Below are positions 23,098 to 37,639 of a DNA stretch of 64,000 bases, in pieces. This DNA comes from Bigelowiella natans CCMP2755 (Eukaryota; Protista; Cercozoa), in contig ADNK01003179.1 in the NCBI GenBank assembly GCA_000320545.1, positions 1 to 64,000 of the forward strand. The letters run 5' to 3'. How positions within the stretch are numbered: position 1 is the stretch's first letter; every line of letters starts with the position of its first letter. The notes below the pieces were generated by a model that ran no database searches, had not been told where the DNA came from, and saw only the letters and a list, made by a program, of their open reading frames with translations. Both the position numbers and the translations under genes were made by a program.

Positions 23098-23515
23098 CAA
23101 AAGGCAGTCCTCCTCCTCCTTAAAGTAATCGCACAACTACTACTACTACTACTACTACTTAGAAGATGAGTCAGGAAGTTGGTTCATAGTAGTAGTAGTA
23201 GTAGTAGTAGTAGTAAGTATTCTACAGTCTGTTAGTGCTACTGATAGTGCTGACGACGATGGCGATGACGATGATAATGAAGATGATAATAAGCGTTTGA
23301 CCATCTTTGATGGGACCAATTGATTGATTCATCGATGATGAGAAATAGAGAATGATATATGTAGCAATCGGTGTCTTGCACAACCCACACCATGAGCTCA
23401 AAAATTACACTTGATCTGAAGATGATGATAATCATCAACGGCGACGCATTTATCATCATCATCATCATCATCATCATCGTCATCATAAGGAGTACGTACA
23501 CCACAAACTACTTCG

Positions 23516-23547
<32 letters not shown>

Positions 23548-25204
23548 GAGTGTAGCTACCTGCTAGTATCTGTATCATCATCGGTTCTCCCCATCATCCA
23601 TCACTCATTAGCACGAAGAAGAAGAAGAAGAAGAAGAAGACCGACAAAAAGGAGGAGGAGTGTGTCAAGTTATGCGTGTATTCAAACACTTTGTTGTTAC
23701 ATCTAAAAATAGATTCGTCCCCTCCCCCCTCGTCTCTCTCTCTCCTTCTTGTTGTTCTTGTTATTATTATATTCTACTATCAGGTGGGTTTGACAGAGAA
23801 GGTGAATACATATTCGATCAACTTATCGGGTGGAATGAAGAGAAAGCTGTCAGTTGCGATTGCACTTATTGGAGGTTCATCGACTGTCATCCTCGATGAA
23901 CCTACCTCAGGTATATGATGATGATCAAGATGATGATCATCATCATGAGAGCATTATCATTCTTGTTCTCCACCATCCTTTCTCTTTCTCTTTCTCTTCT
24001 CATCAAACACGCACTATTATGAATACACCATTGTAGGAATTATTCTTATTAATACACCATTGTAGGTATGGATCCTTACTCTCGTCGTAGTACGTGGGAG
24101 ATGCTCAAAATGGTGATTGCAAGACATCATCCATGCATGTTATTGATCAAGATAAGGATGATCATTTATGTTATCATCTAGAAATACCATCACCAACCAT
24201 CACATCACATCACATAGCTGATGCTGCTGCTGTTTTACATCAACTCCAGAAGAATCGGCACTTTTATCATATTTTATTATTATTAATTATTATTATTTTC
24301 AGGCTAAAAATGGACGCGTTCTGGTCTTAACAACTCACTTTATGGATGAGGTCATCTTCCACTATAATGAACGATACTACTACAAATTTCATAAATAACA
24401 ACAAGCTCCGTATGTAAAAGAAGAAGTAGTAGTAGTAGTAGTAAGTATAAGTAGTAGTAGTAAGTATAAGTAGTAGTAGTAGTACTAGTAGTAGTAGTAG
24501 TAAGTAGTAATTTGTCTATTAGTAGTTGTGTAATTAAGCATACTATAACCCTAATTCAATTTAGTCCCCCCTCCCCATTTCCTATTAAAATTAATCTTCT
24601 TCTGATGATAGTGCTACTTGTTTTTACTCTTTCTTCGATCACAGGCTGATCAGTTGGGAGACCGCATTGCAATTATGCACAAGGGATTGATCAAGTGCTG
24701 CGGGTCTTCTCTCTTCCTCAAAACACGTTACGGAGTAGGCTATACGCTCACAATTGACAAAGAAGGAAGTACTGAAAATGATGCCAAGGTGATATTAAAC
24801 TCTACTAGCTGCAGCAAGCGATGGTGATAAAGTTGTTACCGGTAGTAATATGAGTTGTGTTAATGATAATAATAACAATATACGTATTGGTAGATGATCA
24901 AGGTCTGTGTAGAGAAGTACGTACCAAAATGCAAGGTAAATAATTTTATCATGATGATGATGATGAGAAGAAGGGGAATTCAACTATTTATCCTCTGTGC
25001 TGCTGCTGCTGCTTTTAATGTTGGCAAATGTGCGTTGGAGACAAGAGGGAAGAAATAGTCATTCGAACGAATAGAGATCCAGCGATCTCTCCAGTACGAA
25101 TAAACAGATTAATGGATAAAAGTATCTTCTCCTACAACTCTACTAGGTGCTGAGCGACGTTGCTGGAGAGATTTCTTTTCAATTGCCGTTTTCTGGTAAT
25201 AATG

Positions 25205-25238
<34 letters not shown>

Positions 25239-26260
25239 ACAACATAGTTGTTGTTGTTGTTGTTGTTGTTGTTGTTATTGTTGTTACTACTACTGCTGCT
25301 ACCACTAGCTCACAGCCGCATGGTTATTGTTCTTTTACTGCTGCGTACTACACAAACATAGTTGTTGTTGTTGTTGTTGTTGTTGTTATTGTTCATATTT
25401 TCTTACTCAAATAGAGAAGAAGAAGAAGAAGAAGAAGAAGAAGAACCTCACTGACTCACAAACTTCTTTTGCATTTTCCACTAAATGATCAATCACCTCT
25501 CTTTCTTTCTCTCTTTCTCTCTTTCTGTCGATGAAGATTCCGGGAAGTTTCCTGAGATTTTTGACGAGCTTGACGAGAATAAGGTTGTTGCAATTACTAG
25601 TTTTCAACACACAATTCGCATCAGATAAAGAAAAGAAGAATATACCCAGAACATGTAATATCGAGATAGCGTTTGCTTTGCCTAACTAGCAATGATTTAT
25701 AGATCATCAGTAGCGCCATGTGTTTGCTATAATCTTCTTCCCTGTTGGTAGTCGGTGTACACACACACACACCACACAGCTGCTAAGATATCATCATGCC
25801 TATCATCACCATCATCAAAAACAAGTTATTAGAATAAAACTACATCATTGACTTGTTCTTATCATTCTTAGGAGAAGTGGGGAGTGAATAGCTACGGCGT
25901 ATCAGTGACGACTCTTGAAGAAGTATTTTTAAAAGTTGGGCATGAGGCCGACGAAGAAGTGGCCCCTGTAGAACTCAAGCGAAGACTATCAGAACGTATG
26001 AGAAGAGGGGGGAGGGCAAGAAACCAGCAAGGTGAATGCGTGCTACTGTCATTTTCTTCCTTCTCCACTATTTCTACTGACCTCCCTATACTAATTAATT
26101 GCAATGTGCTAGAAATGGAACAAGGCGAGTCAAAAGTAGTAGTAGCTCAAGATTCAACGATTGATGGTGATAATGATAATGATGATGATGATGATGATGA
26201 TGATGGTGAATGTGAAACACTTTATTATGTTGTCATGACAATTATGACCTATCTCCTAAA

Positions 26261-26291
<31 letters not shown>

Positions 26292-26711
26292 CGATGACTT
26301 GGGATTTGTTGGTGGTTGCTAGATGCCAAAGAAGCAAAGAGAGAAGAAGAAGCAGCAGCAGGTGCTTGTGGTGGTGGTGTTCTCCTGATAATAGCTGCAT
26401 TGCTACACGCATCCATACATACATTCATACTCATGTTTTTGTATTAGTGGTGGTGGTTTGATTATGTACTACTATCCTTCGTTGTGATAATTCTACATTG
26501 ACACCCTAATTAATGGTGTTTGCCAATCATAATCGCATGTGGTTTACTTCTTATTTCACCATTATGTGTAGGCCTTCTAGGGTCATCTGGGGGGAGGGGG
26601 CAATGATCTTGGGAAACCACTTCTTCATGACGGTGTGTAAGAATATTGTTATGTGTTGCTGCATATAGTAGTAGTAGTAGTAGTAGTAGTAGTAGAAGCA
26701 ATAATAGAGTG

Positions 26712-26751
<40 letters not shown>

Positions 26752-26986
26752 CAACAAGTCTTCTACTAAGTTGTATTTGAATGCCACACCACCAATGTAT
26801 GTATGTGTCTAGGTTACAACAAACACACTGATGATATTACGCAGAACGACAATAACTCATCAATATTCTGCAAGTGTACAATGAGCCAACATCTTATTAT
26901 TTCTACCTACTATGTTGTTTGATGTCTACTCATCACCAATAATCATTCAAGACAACCTCCACAAGGCGTCAGCAGTTGATACGATT

Positions 26987-27032
<46 letters not shown>

Positions 27033-27361
27033 TGTGTGTGTGTGTGTGTGTTTGTGTGTCAATGATGAGGATGATAACACATCTCATCCATCATCAATCA
27101 ATCAATCAATCAACTGTCACTGTGGTATGTAGGTAGGTAGTAAAATAGTGCATTTAGTTAGTAATAATAAGAAGGGTAGCAACCAATAATAGTGTTGTTT
27201 CTTCTTCTTCTTCTTCTTCTTCGTCTTCTTCTCTTTTCATCATAACGCGACCATTATTATTAATATTGCAGGAAAGTGAATTTGCCAGGACTTTGAATCA
27301 TTTTTTCGCTTTGCTTGCCAAACGTTGGCACAATGCGAAAAGGGATAGAAAGGTGATTTTG

Positions 27362-27397
<36 letters not shown>

Positions 27398-28036
27398 TTC
27401 ACAAGGGGGGGGTGGGGTTTGGGATCACTGTTCTACCAGAATGAATATTTAGCAAATAACGAGTATACTCACCATGTTATAGAGAAGGAGTATTGGATTG
27501 ATTTCGATTACATCAAGTAATAAAGACGGCTACTACTACTACTACTACTACTACTATAGGTTTGGATGTGGCAGATTCTCTACCCTTTTCTCTGGCTACT
27601 TGGCGGTATTGGTCTACTCAAATTCGGTCAATACATCAATCAATTCATCAATCAATCAATCAATCAATTAATCGTAGTACCTCCACCGCCACTACCATCA
27701 TTATCATCATCATCATCATCATCATCATAATTTGACAAACAAACGCCTGACTTCTTACTTGTTCTTTCTTCTTCTTCTTTCTGTATTGTACGTACGTACG
27801 TACTACTACTACTCTTTAGCATCTTCCCTTGCTGGAAAGCCTATATCTATATCCATAGATGTGTACAACACACCAAACTATATTCCAACTACTCTTCAGG
27901 TACTACTGCTACTACTACTACTACTACTATTATTAGTCACACAGCTTTTATTCCATCTCCTGAGAGGGGAGGAGAGAAATTAAGGAAGAAAGGACAATCG
28001 ACGACTTTGAACAATAGGAAATGGGTTGATTTGTAT

Positions 28037-28080
<44 letters not shown>

Positions 28081-29555
28081 CTTAGTCTCCAAGAAAAATG
28101 TTTGGTTGGTTGATTGATTGATTGATTCACATACTCCTCTCCTCCTCTTCCTCCTCCTCTTCCTCCTCCTCCTCCTCCACCACCACCACCACCATCACCA
28201 CCACCACCAGTCCCTGCCCTTGCTAGATTCGGTATCTAATCCCAGCCATGCTAACTTTGTCAATGCTACTACCCCGTCTGGCACTGCGGTATGTAATGTA
28301 TATGATGCTAATAATGCTGATGATGATGATGATGATGAAGTATGATGCTGAGATGTAATGATTATAACAAGAAGAAGAAGAAGAAGAAGAAGAAGAAGAA
28401 GAGAGTAAGAAGATGAGTGGATATGACATCATTCTACTCCAGAACAACAACAACAACAACAACAACAAAAACAAAACAAGGATGAGAACAACTCAGTTTG
28501 TCCTCCATCGTCGTTTATCATAGGTTTTTTCTTCTTCTCCTTCTCTTTCTCCATTACATATATTCTACGTGTCGTCGTAATAGATCCAAGATCGAAGTTG
28601 TACCTACACCACGTCTCCCCCTGATAACTTGGAGGTTATGTGCACGTTTTGTAGTAAATCATCATCGTTATCGTCGTCGTCTATTTTCCTCCTACTGTCC
28701 CTTGACTGAGAAAACGGCTGAATTCCTTTGTATTTAGTTCTTCCTGCTGATGGATGTGTGTGTGTATTACATGCTGATAATTCTTGCTGCTTTAGCTGAT
28801 GGATGTGGTATTGATTATGTTTTCTTCATCATCACAGGGCATGAGTAGATACCTTCTGTGCACATGGAGGGTGAGTAGGAGCAATGAGTCATCACGATGA
28901 TGTTATGATGATTAGTGTTTGTGGTGATTTCCCTGTTCACAACTTGACTCACTCATGTTGATGTAATTGACTTGATGATGGACTTTTCGAATAGTTTCCA
29001 ACACACATCCAAGCTCCTCCTCTAACTTGACTCTCTCTCTCTCTCTCTCTCTTTCCTTCTCTCACTTAGGAGTTTGAGCAATCAAAGTACGGCGCATACC
29101 TCCTTGATGAGCGGGTTGACATCTCGGAATATTCGGTATTATATATAATCCGTATGCATGCTACAGTAGTAGGTGATGATGATGATGATGATGATGATGA
29201 TGGGAGACGCTATTGTCGCAGAGCAGAAGGATGATTACAATTAATCTCTCATTCATCAACGTTCTCTCCTCGTAATCATCATTATCATCATCATCATCAT
29301 CATCATCGCCATCACCATCATACAGGGAAGCAACAATTCAATCTTCGTCAATACCACGGCTACATATGGCACTGCGGTAAAGACAAAAAGAATTACTCTA
29401 ATAAGAGCGTCAAGCCTGTACTATTATCATTATAATTATTATTATTACTATTAGGATTTATACTAATACTCAATATGCACATAACAACAACCAGCAACAT
29501 CATAACAAGCATCATATCAGATGGTGGTGGGCAAAGAAGAAGAAGAAGGAGAAGA

Positions 29556-29596
<41 letters not shown>

Positions 29597-29727
29597 GGGG
29601 GAAGAAGAAATAAAGAAAACAACAATTTTAAAAAACGGAAGAAAAGGGGTTAGACTAAAGATGATTGATTATACAACATCATCGACTTTTATGCTAACAA
29701 CATGCCAGCTACTTACTACTTACTATC

Positions 29728-29760
<33 letters not shown>

Positions 29761-31165
29761 GCTGTTAGGCATACTTAAATCTCCTCAATGAGGCTAGAGC
29801 TCGACGAAATATTAGCTCCTCCTTTTCCTCACCCAGCAGCAGCACCCAATTTGCACTTGACCTTAACGTGCAAGCATGGCCCCTCACAAGGCAGCAGCAA
29901 ACGCTCAATCAAGGCCTGGTACTACTACTAATAGAAATAGTAGTAACATGACGAATGATGGTGTGTCGTTATTGGTCCTTCTCCTCTCACTATCATCAAG
30001 GTGTCTATCGTGGTAGCCATTGCCTTCGCCTTCATTCCAGCCAGTATTGCTGGTTTTGTCGTCATGGAGAGGCAAACCAAATCGAAGCACCTACAAATCA
30101 TATCTGGGGTCTCTGTCATCGGCTACTGGTACATACTACTACTACTACTACTATTTATTAAGATCAAGATGATTGAAAAGCGATTCGACTATATACACAT
30201 CATATCTTGTATGATAAGACATAATAGAGCTTAGCTGCTACTTCCTAATGTTTCCGATTTCTAACAACTCCTCCTTATCAAAATGACTTAATAAATGAAT
30301 GAATAAGGTGTGCAAACCTCGTCTGGGACTTCCTGAACTTCCTGCCTCCATCTCTCATCTCTTTGGCTGTGTTTAAGATATTTTCCATCGACTCGCTAAC
30401 AGGTGTGAGCGTGTGTGTCATCATCAACTAATCACACGTTAATACTGTGAAAATGATAAGTACTGTTGTGCAATGCTTCAGGCAGAAATGATGATGATGA
30501 TGACGATGATAATGATGATGATGATATTGCATCCCCTGCTGTGTTTTATGGTGAGTCAGGTGAAGCTGCAGGGGTATTATTCATGGTGTCCTTACTATAC
30601 GCATTTGCTGTGATCACATTCACATACTGCGTGTCATTCATGTTTAAGAATCCTTCGTCTGCCCAATCGATAATGCTTATGGTGTACATCTTCACGGGGT
30701 AAGTAGTAGCAGTAGTACTTGCAGTAGTAGTAGTAGTAGTAGTAGTTGTTGTTGTTGTAGGATGTAGAATGTTATGTTCGAATCGATCTTGTCCCCTGTT
30801 TAGCCAACCAACCAACCTTACTTTCTTCCTCTCTTCCTTCTTTCCTTTCCCCCCCCCAGATGTATTCTTCTCATCGCTAGTATCATCATGGGAATCATTC
30901 CCTCCACCGTTGACGTCAACGACAAAATGAAGTATTATGATGTGTTCATTGATTACACACACAAACACTCACACCAACAGCACTTGCTTGCCACAATTGA
31001 CTAGATTGCTATGGTTCTCTTTGTGTGATAAATGACTTTACATATTTGATTTGAAGGTACGTGTACCGTTTGGTGCCAAGCTTCAGCTTTGGAGAAAGTG
31101 TAATCAATCTCATGACCAGAGACTCAATCATTGTGTGGGGAGAGAAGAAGTAATAATCATATGGG

Positions 31166-31200
<35 letters not shown>

Positions 31201-31913
31201 GTGATGAGTGGGTAGTGGGAGTAGTAGTTTTTGGTAGGCAATGCGGGGGTTGGCAAGCTTAATAATAATAACATTAGTAGTAGTAGTAGTAGTAGTAGTA
31301 GCAGCAGTTAAGTAGTAGTAGCTGGTGTATATCCATCCATCCGTCCATCCATCATCATCATCATCATCATCATTATGATTCTCTTGCATAATTCTCTACG
31401 TTGTTCTTCGTCGTCTTGTTTAGAACACCAACTGATTGGGAGATTGTAGGAAGGCCATGTGTTTACCTTGTTTGTGAATTCATTGCCTATTTTGCTTCGT
31501 TACTCATCATTGAGAAGGTAGTGCTCGTAGTAGTAGTAGTAGTAGTAGCGAAAATTCTCCTGGTAGAATATGATCATAATTATTGTAAGGTTATTATCAT
31601 GTTTTTATGTTTTCTTACTCCTATTTCCTTCTTCTTCCTGTTCTTCTTAATACAAATGTTGTTATTGTCGTTATTAGGTGTTGGCAACTCCACGACTTTA
31701 TGGGTTTTTCTATCGGCCTATTGAGGTAGTACGTACTAATAGCATGCTCATGGAAGTAGTGATCATGGTGCTAGTGAATAATAATAATAATAATAGTAAA
31801 TTGTAATAATAGTACAAGATCAAAAGTGTGTGGTATTGCTTAAAAACGACTAAAAAAAGGTTACCGATGAAGCTTTTGAAGACGACGAAGATGTTATTGC
31901 TGAGATGAAAAGG

Positions 31914-31945
<32 letters not shown>

Positions 31946-32721
31946 TGATGTTGTTTTTGTTATTCTCTTTTAAGGAGGAGGAGAGGAGGAGAATAATCCC
32001 TTCTTTTCGAACATTCCTTCTAACATAAAAGTAGTACATTGCAAAAATCTTGGTCTCTGATTTCTTCTCTTTTCCATTCTAATGTAGTAATATTTCTCGG
32101 CGTACTTCTCGATCTTATCGCCTAATCCTAACCTACCCCCCCCTCTGATACTTTGAAGCTCAAAAATGGAACCAAACTTACGCCTAACTCCAACGAGGAC
32201 ACTGTCGTGCTCAAGGGGCTCAGAAAGGTACTGTTTGGTATTAATACTACCTCCTCCTCCTCCTCCTCCTCCTCGGTGTGGTGATAAGAGTGCTATTATT
32301 ATCACGAGCATGAGCCCTTGCCATATTAAATGATAATATTGTTAATAATCATCATCATCATCGTCAACATCGTAATATGATTTTGATTGCGGTCAAATTC
32401 CCATTCTTCACGTAATCTTCCTGATTAGGTATATCCAGGGCAAGATCATCCAAAGGTTGCAGTGAAGAATCTATGGTGAGTAGTAGTGGTAGTAGAAGTG
32501 GTAGTAGTAGTAGGAGGAGGAGGAGGAGGAGGAGGGGCAGTAGATGATGTAGTAGACTCAGTGAGAATACATATGTAATAATAATATTATATAATATCAG
32601 GTTTGGTGTTCCAAGAGGGCAGTGCTTTGGCTTCTTAGGTTCTAGTATATGTACAACTAATTTCTTCAACTATCTATCTATCTATCTGTCTGCTGTGACA
32701 GAGTTGTACCTGTCGTCGCAG

Positions 32722-32752
<31 letters not shown>

Positions 32753-32823
32753 CGCAGTCGTTGGTGTTGCTGTCGTTGTATCCTCAGCATTACCATTTGT
32801 CGCCAGCAGCAGCAGTGATGATT

Positions 32824-32867
<44 letters not shown>

Positions 32868-33405
32868 GAATCAACGGTGCAGGGAAATCTTCTACCCTTA
32901 AAGTACGGCGATAGTGAATAACGACGACGACAACATCAACAACAATAACGGGAAGAAATTCGTAAGAGCTTGAAAGAGTGCAAGAGGCTTATCTTCTTCT
33001 CATTTGTTCTGGCCTCTTCCTCTTCCTCCCCCTCCTCATCATTCCATTGTGTTATATGATTCTTCTTCTTCTCCTCCTTCTTTTTGTCGCTCTTGTATGC
33101 CTCGTTGCTCTCATCAGATGTTAACTGGAGATGTCCTACCATCCAGTGGTACCGCAGATCTCGCAGGTGATGCTGCTAAGGATGTGTATGTGTGTGTGTG
33201 TGTGTGTGTATGTGTGTGTGATTGGGTAATGATGATGATGGTATTATTGTTCAAAGGTTTGGATGTTCTAGATAACCAATTGGAGGTCAGGAAGCTTATC
33301 GGGTAGTGTTACGTGCTTTCGTTATTATCATTATCATCATTGTTGTAGTTGTATTAGCACAGCAATATATAAGGCATTCCATAGATACATAAGATTCAGC
33401 AACTC

Positions 33406-33445
<40 letters not shown>

Positions 33446-34222
33446 AAATAATATTTAAACACATTCTCTTTATTATGACTATGCCCATTCAATCAGCTAC
33501 TGTCCTCAATTCGATGCTCTTTTACCGAACATGACAGCAAGAGAGACGCTGCGGTACTACTACTAATAATAATAATAATAAACTAGATCGTGTAATTTTC
33601 AAGATTTAATGTATTCTGACGGAAAGGAGTAGGTTATTGTTTATGTATTAATAACGACTGATGAGTAGGATTCCTCCTCCTCCTCCTCCTCCTCCTCCTC
33701 CCTTTCATTAGCATGTTCGCAAGGTTCAAAGGCGTATCTTCTGACACTATTGAGGAATATGTAGAGGGTGAGTACTAACTTCATTATGCTCCTGCTGCTG
33801 CTGCTGTTTATATGATTGATCGATTGATTGATTGATTGATTGATTGTTGTTAATAATGTTGTTGTTATGGTATTTTTCATCATTTCTTTTAGCATTGTGC
33901 AAACAGTTGTCCTTGGATATCAACGGATGGCTCGATAAGGTGACCGACCATGGATGTTGGAAATTTGATTACTCGACAATTATTTCTATGCTATGATGAT
34001 TATCAAATCGCTATTCTTGTTAACGCCGCATCCTAGATATATAGTGGAGTTGTTGTACATTGTGTAGTAAAGGGGGGGTAGTAGCAGTAGGAGGAGTAGT
34101 AGTTGCATGTTCCTGTTCAAAATTTAACACACAATATTAAATATTTATTTGATGATGATGATGATGATATTGATGATGGAGGAGTAGTAATAATAATAAG
34201 AAGAAGAAGAATCAAATCATTA

Positions 34223-34253
<31 letters not shown>

Positions 34254-35106
34254 TCTCTTATGCCAGCCATGTGGAGGGTACTCTGGTGGTAATAAGCGCA
34301 AACTATCTGGTAGTAGTAGTAGTTTTTTCATGATCATGATCATCATCCTTCTAATCATTAATACATGTACTAACTACCACGTATTAGTCGGTATTGCTTT
34401 GGTTGGAAATCCTCCCATTGTGTTTCTTGACGAGCCGTCAACGGGGATGGACCCTGGATCTCGAAGGTGATGATGATGATCATAATGATGATGATGATGA
34501 TGATGAAAGACTTTCCTTCTCATAATAAGCTATATCATCTACTGACACACACCTTGGTGTTGTTATTATAATCAAGATTCATGTGGAATCTCATCAGCAG
34601 CACGATGGCTGATCGATCGGTAGAAGAAAAAGAAGAAGAATTGTAGTGCATTGCTGCTGATGATGATGACGATTGATAGTTGATGGGATGATAGTGATGA
34701 TGATAATGATGATGATGATGATGATGATAGTTTGCTGAGCTTTCTTCAACTACTAAAGCTAGCACATCCTCCATACCATCAATTACCCACACAATGCTCT
34801 TTCTTCAATCATCATTTATACAAATTATTAGGTTATCCTGACGACACACAGTATGGAGGAGTGTGAAGCGCTCTGCTCACGACTTGGCATAATGGTAATA
34901 CATTTACTACTACTACTAGTAGTAGTAGTAGTAGTAGTAATAGTAGTGATACTATTACTAAACATCAGAAGTATTCATGTATCTAACGATGACGGGAACA
35001 TCTGTGAAATTAGACGTTATGAATAAGTAGTAAAAGTTGGTTGCAGAAGCAAGCAGCAGAGCATGTTTTATTATACATACTTACACACACTAGTCAAGAG
35101 GAAGGA

Positions 35107-35144
<38 letters not shown>

Positions 35145-35239
35145 ATATATCACTACATATATTTGCCACGCTTATGCGTGAAGGTTGGAGGCCGATTGCG
35201 GTGCATTGGGTCCTCACAAAGGTACAATAGTTTTACGTC

Positions 35240-35275
<36 letters not shown>

Positions 35276-35368
35276 GTGTATGTGTGTCTGTGTGTGTATA
35301 AGAATGTGTAAGTGCAAGTGCATGTGCTCCTACCCCCCTGTATCATTATATTTGTATTCATGTGTATG

Positions 35369-35409
<41 letters not shown>

Positions 35410-36167
35410 CCATTTTCTAGGATAAAATCCCGTTACGGGTCGGGCTACCAGCTGGACGTTAAGGTAGGGATGTGTGTATCTAAGAGCACTTTTATGAACA
35501 GTTTGTTTTGGGTGTGTGATGATGAGGAGGAGGATGATGTGCAAATACGACGTTTATAGTAGTAGACACACGTACCAGCACATCAAAATGCTTATACGAC
35601 ATACACTATCAGCTCATTATACATATTAACATATACTATCAGCTCATTATACATATTAACATATACTACTACTACTACTATAAACTGTAGGTAGCAAACG
35701 GACAAGCGCATAACTTCAAATTATGGCTAAGATCTAAAATCAAGGTGCGAAATAGCACAGAAGAAGCAGTACTAAAGTGATAGTTGTGATGATGCTGCTG
35801 CTACCTTGCTTGTTCGCCACCACAGTGATAATGAATGACACGCACTATTTATTCATTGATTCCTTCTTTCCTTTTACCAGGAAACAACCTTACTTGAGGA
35901 CCAAGGAGATAATATGAAATTTAGAATCAATCCTCAAGAGGTAGTAAAAGGAGAAGCTAGTTATCCTATAGCCCATCTAATTACTCCTACTACTGCAGTG
36001 TATGTTATTATTAAAACAACTATGACCACAAATAGTACTACTGCGTCAAAACAGCAGCAAGATGATATATACAAGTATTTCTTCTTGCGTAATGCATAGG
36101 AATCAATCTATCTATCAATCAATGTTTTGGTCTTGATTTGAATGTAGTGAGTGTTGCTGCAAATTGG

Positions 36168-36202
<35 letters not shown>

Positions 36203-36489
36203 AGACAAAGAGAGAGATCAAAATAAAAGCTTTCCTCCCTCATCAGCAGCTCACGTATGATGTGTATCGTGGCGATAAAGAAGTAATGTAAAAAAAATAT
36301 AGTATTTTGTTTGACTTTCTCTCTCATCATCAGACCAAATTTACATTGAGCAAAGTCTTCCGCATGATCGAGGATAATCGCAATAAGCTCGGTAGCAGAG
36401 GAAGGGGGGGGGGGGGGGGGGAAGAGAGGGAGGGTTGTGCAATGAAAGATAGGTCCAGCTATTAGCACCATGTCATCGTTATCATCATT

Positions 36490-36523
<34 letters not shown>

Positions 36524-37104
36524 CATTTCTGAAGTGGTGATAATGAACGACAACAAATTCAATTGCTGGTGCACTATTCCACCTCATATCCTCGTACTAT
36601 TGTTCTTCTTCTTCTTATTATTATTATAATTATTATTACTCCTATTATTCTGAAATTCTAATAATCAATCATTATTGCCACACCACCTGACAGGTATCGT
36701 GGGGTATAGCGTCAGCGAAACCACATTAGAGCAGATTTTCATTCATTTTGCAAAGCAACAAGATGAGGTAGAGGCATTCACCGCATCCTCAGTGAGAGGA
36801 GAAGCAGAGAACAAGAACAAGATGAGAGTGTCAGCAGTAGAGGAATAAATAGTCCAATTTATTATGGGAAGAAGAAATAAATCAAGATATACGACGTGCT
36901 TCTTTCACTAATTGCAACTTTACATTGATCCTTAATTCTCTTGCTTTCTGATCTTTTTTTCACCATCTTTTTCCTACTAACATCACCACATCATGCTTAT
37001 CTCTCATCATCCTTCCCCTCCCTTCTTCCTCCTCCATCGATTAGGAAAAAGGACCTGTCGCTGGATTTACCGGTAAAGTAGCAGCGAAAGGCGAGAGCAA
37101 GTAA
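17709..37104 (+). CDS. Full-length ABCA-subfamily transporter (TMD-NBD-TMD-NBD), about 68 exons
   Basis: N-terminus [16 protein letters not shown]...FEIVLP; [16 protein letters not shown]; NBD1 [40 protein letters not shown]; NBD2 [44 protein letters not shown]; C-terminal [11 protein letters not shown]; stop TAA at 37102-37104. Confidence 0.96.
19210..36650. repeat. Dense intronic microsatellites (CT, CA, TA, CAT, TAC/TAG, GAA, CCT, CAA, TCAA)
   Basis: Most ABCA introns after ~19.2 kb contain one or more perfect di-, tri- or tetranucleotide tracts; the same is seen in 39.2-45.1 kb and 52.9-61.7 kb. Confidence 0.95.
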
Positions 37105-37639
37105 GGACAAGAAGAAAGGGGGGGGGGCGGGGGTGGCGGTTATGGAGGAAGAAGTAGTCCCACGCATATATGTCTTTTGCTGCCGTTTTATCGTACAACT
37201 ACACGTTCCTTCGGTTATGATCGGTGTGTCGTCGTATATTTTTTTGTTAGAGATGATGACCATCTACTGCAGCAGCCAGGGTTGATGGCACGTAGAAACG
37301 GATCAATAAACGACGAGGATGAGGAAAAGGAGCTCTGAAAAAATGGTATTGGGAAGGAATGGTGGAGAACGATATGATAATAACAATTGATGATATACAT
37401 ATAATATATATGACACTAAAGAATAAGCAATAATTTAGACATAGTATTGTATGGTATTTTATTATAAGCTTCGGAGATGTCATGCGTCCAAAATCCTCGG
37501 CGTTTCATTTCTGCATGTAGAGTGTGACTCTGAGCATCATGATGTTCGTTCATGCATCCTAGTGTTAGACTGATATTACCATGCACCTGTAGAACTATGA
37601 AGAAGAAGAAGAAGATTATGAGCAGAATGCTTATCACGT

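Noticed and set aside
18971-37637. Numerous short ORFs with poly-M/H/S/L/CV/ER runs
   Set aside because: They are translations of intronic microsatellites or exon-intron read-through within the ABCA gene.
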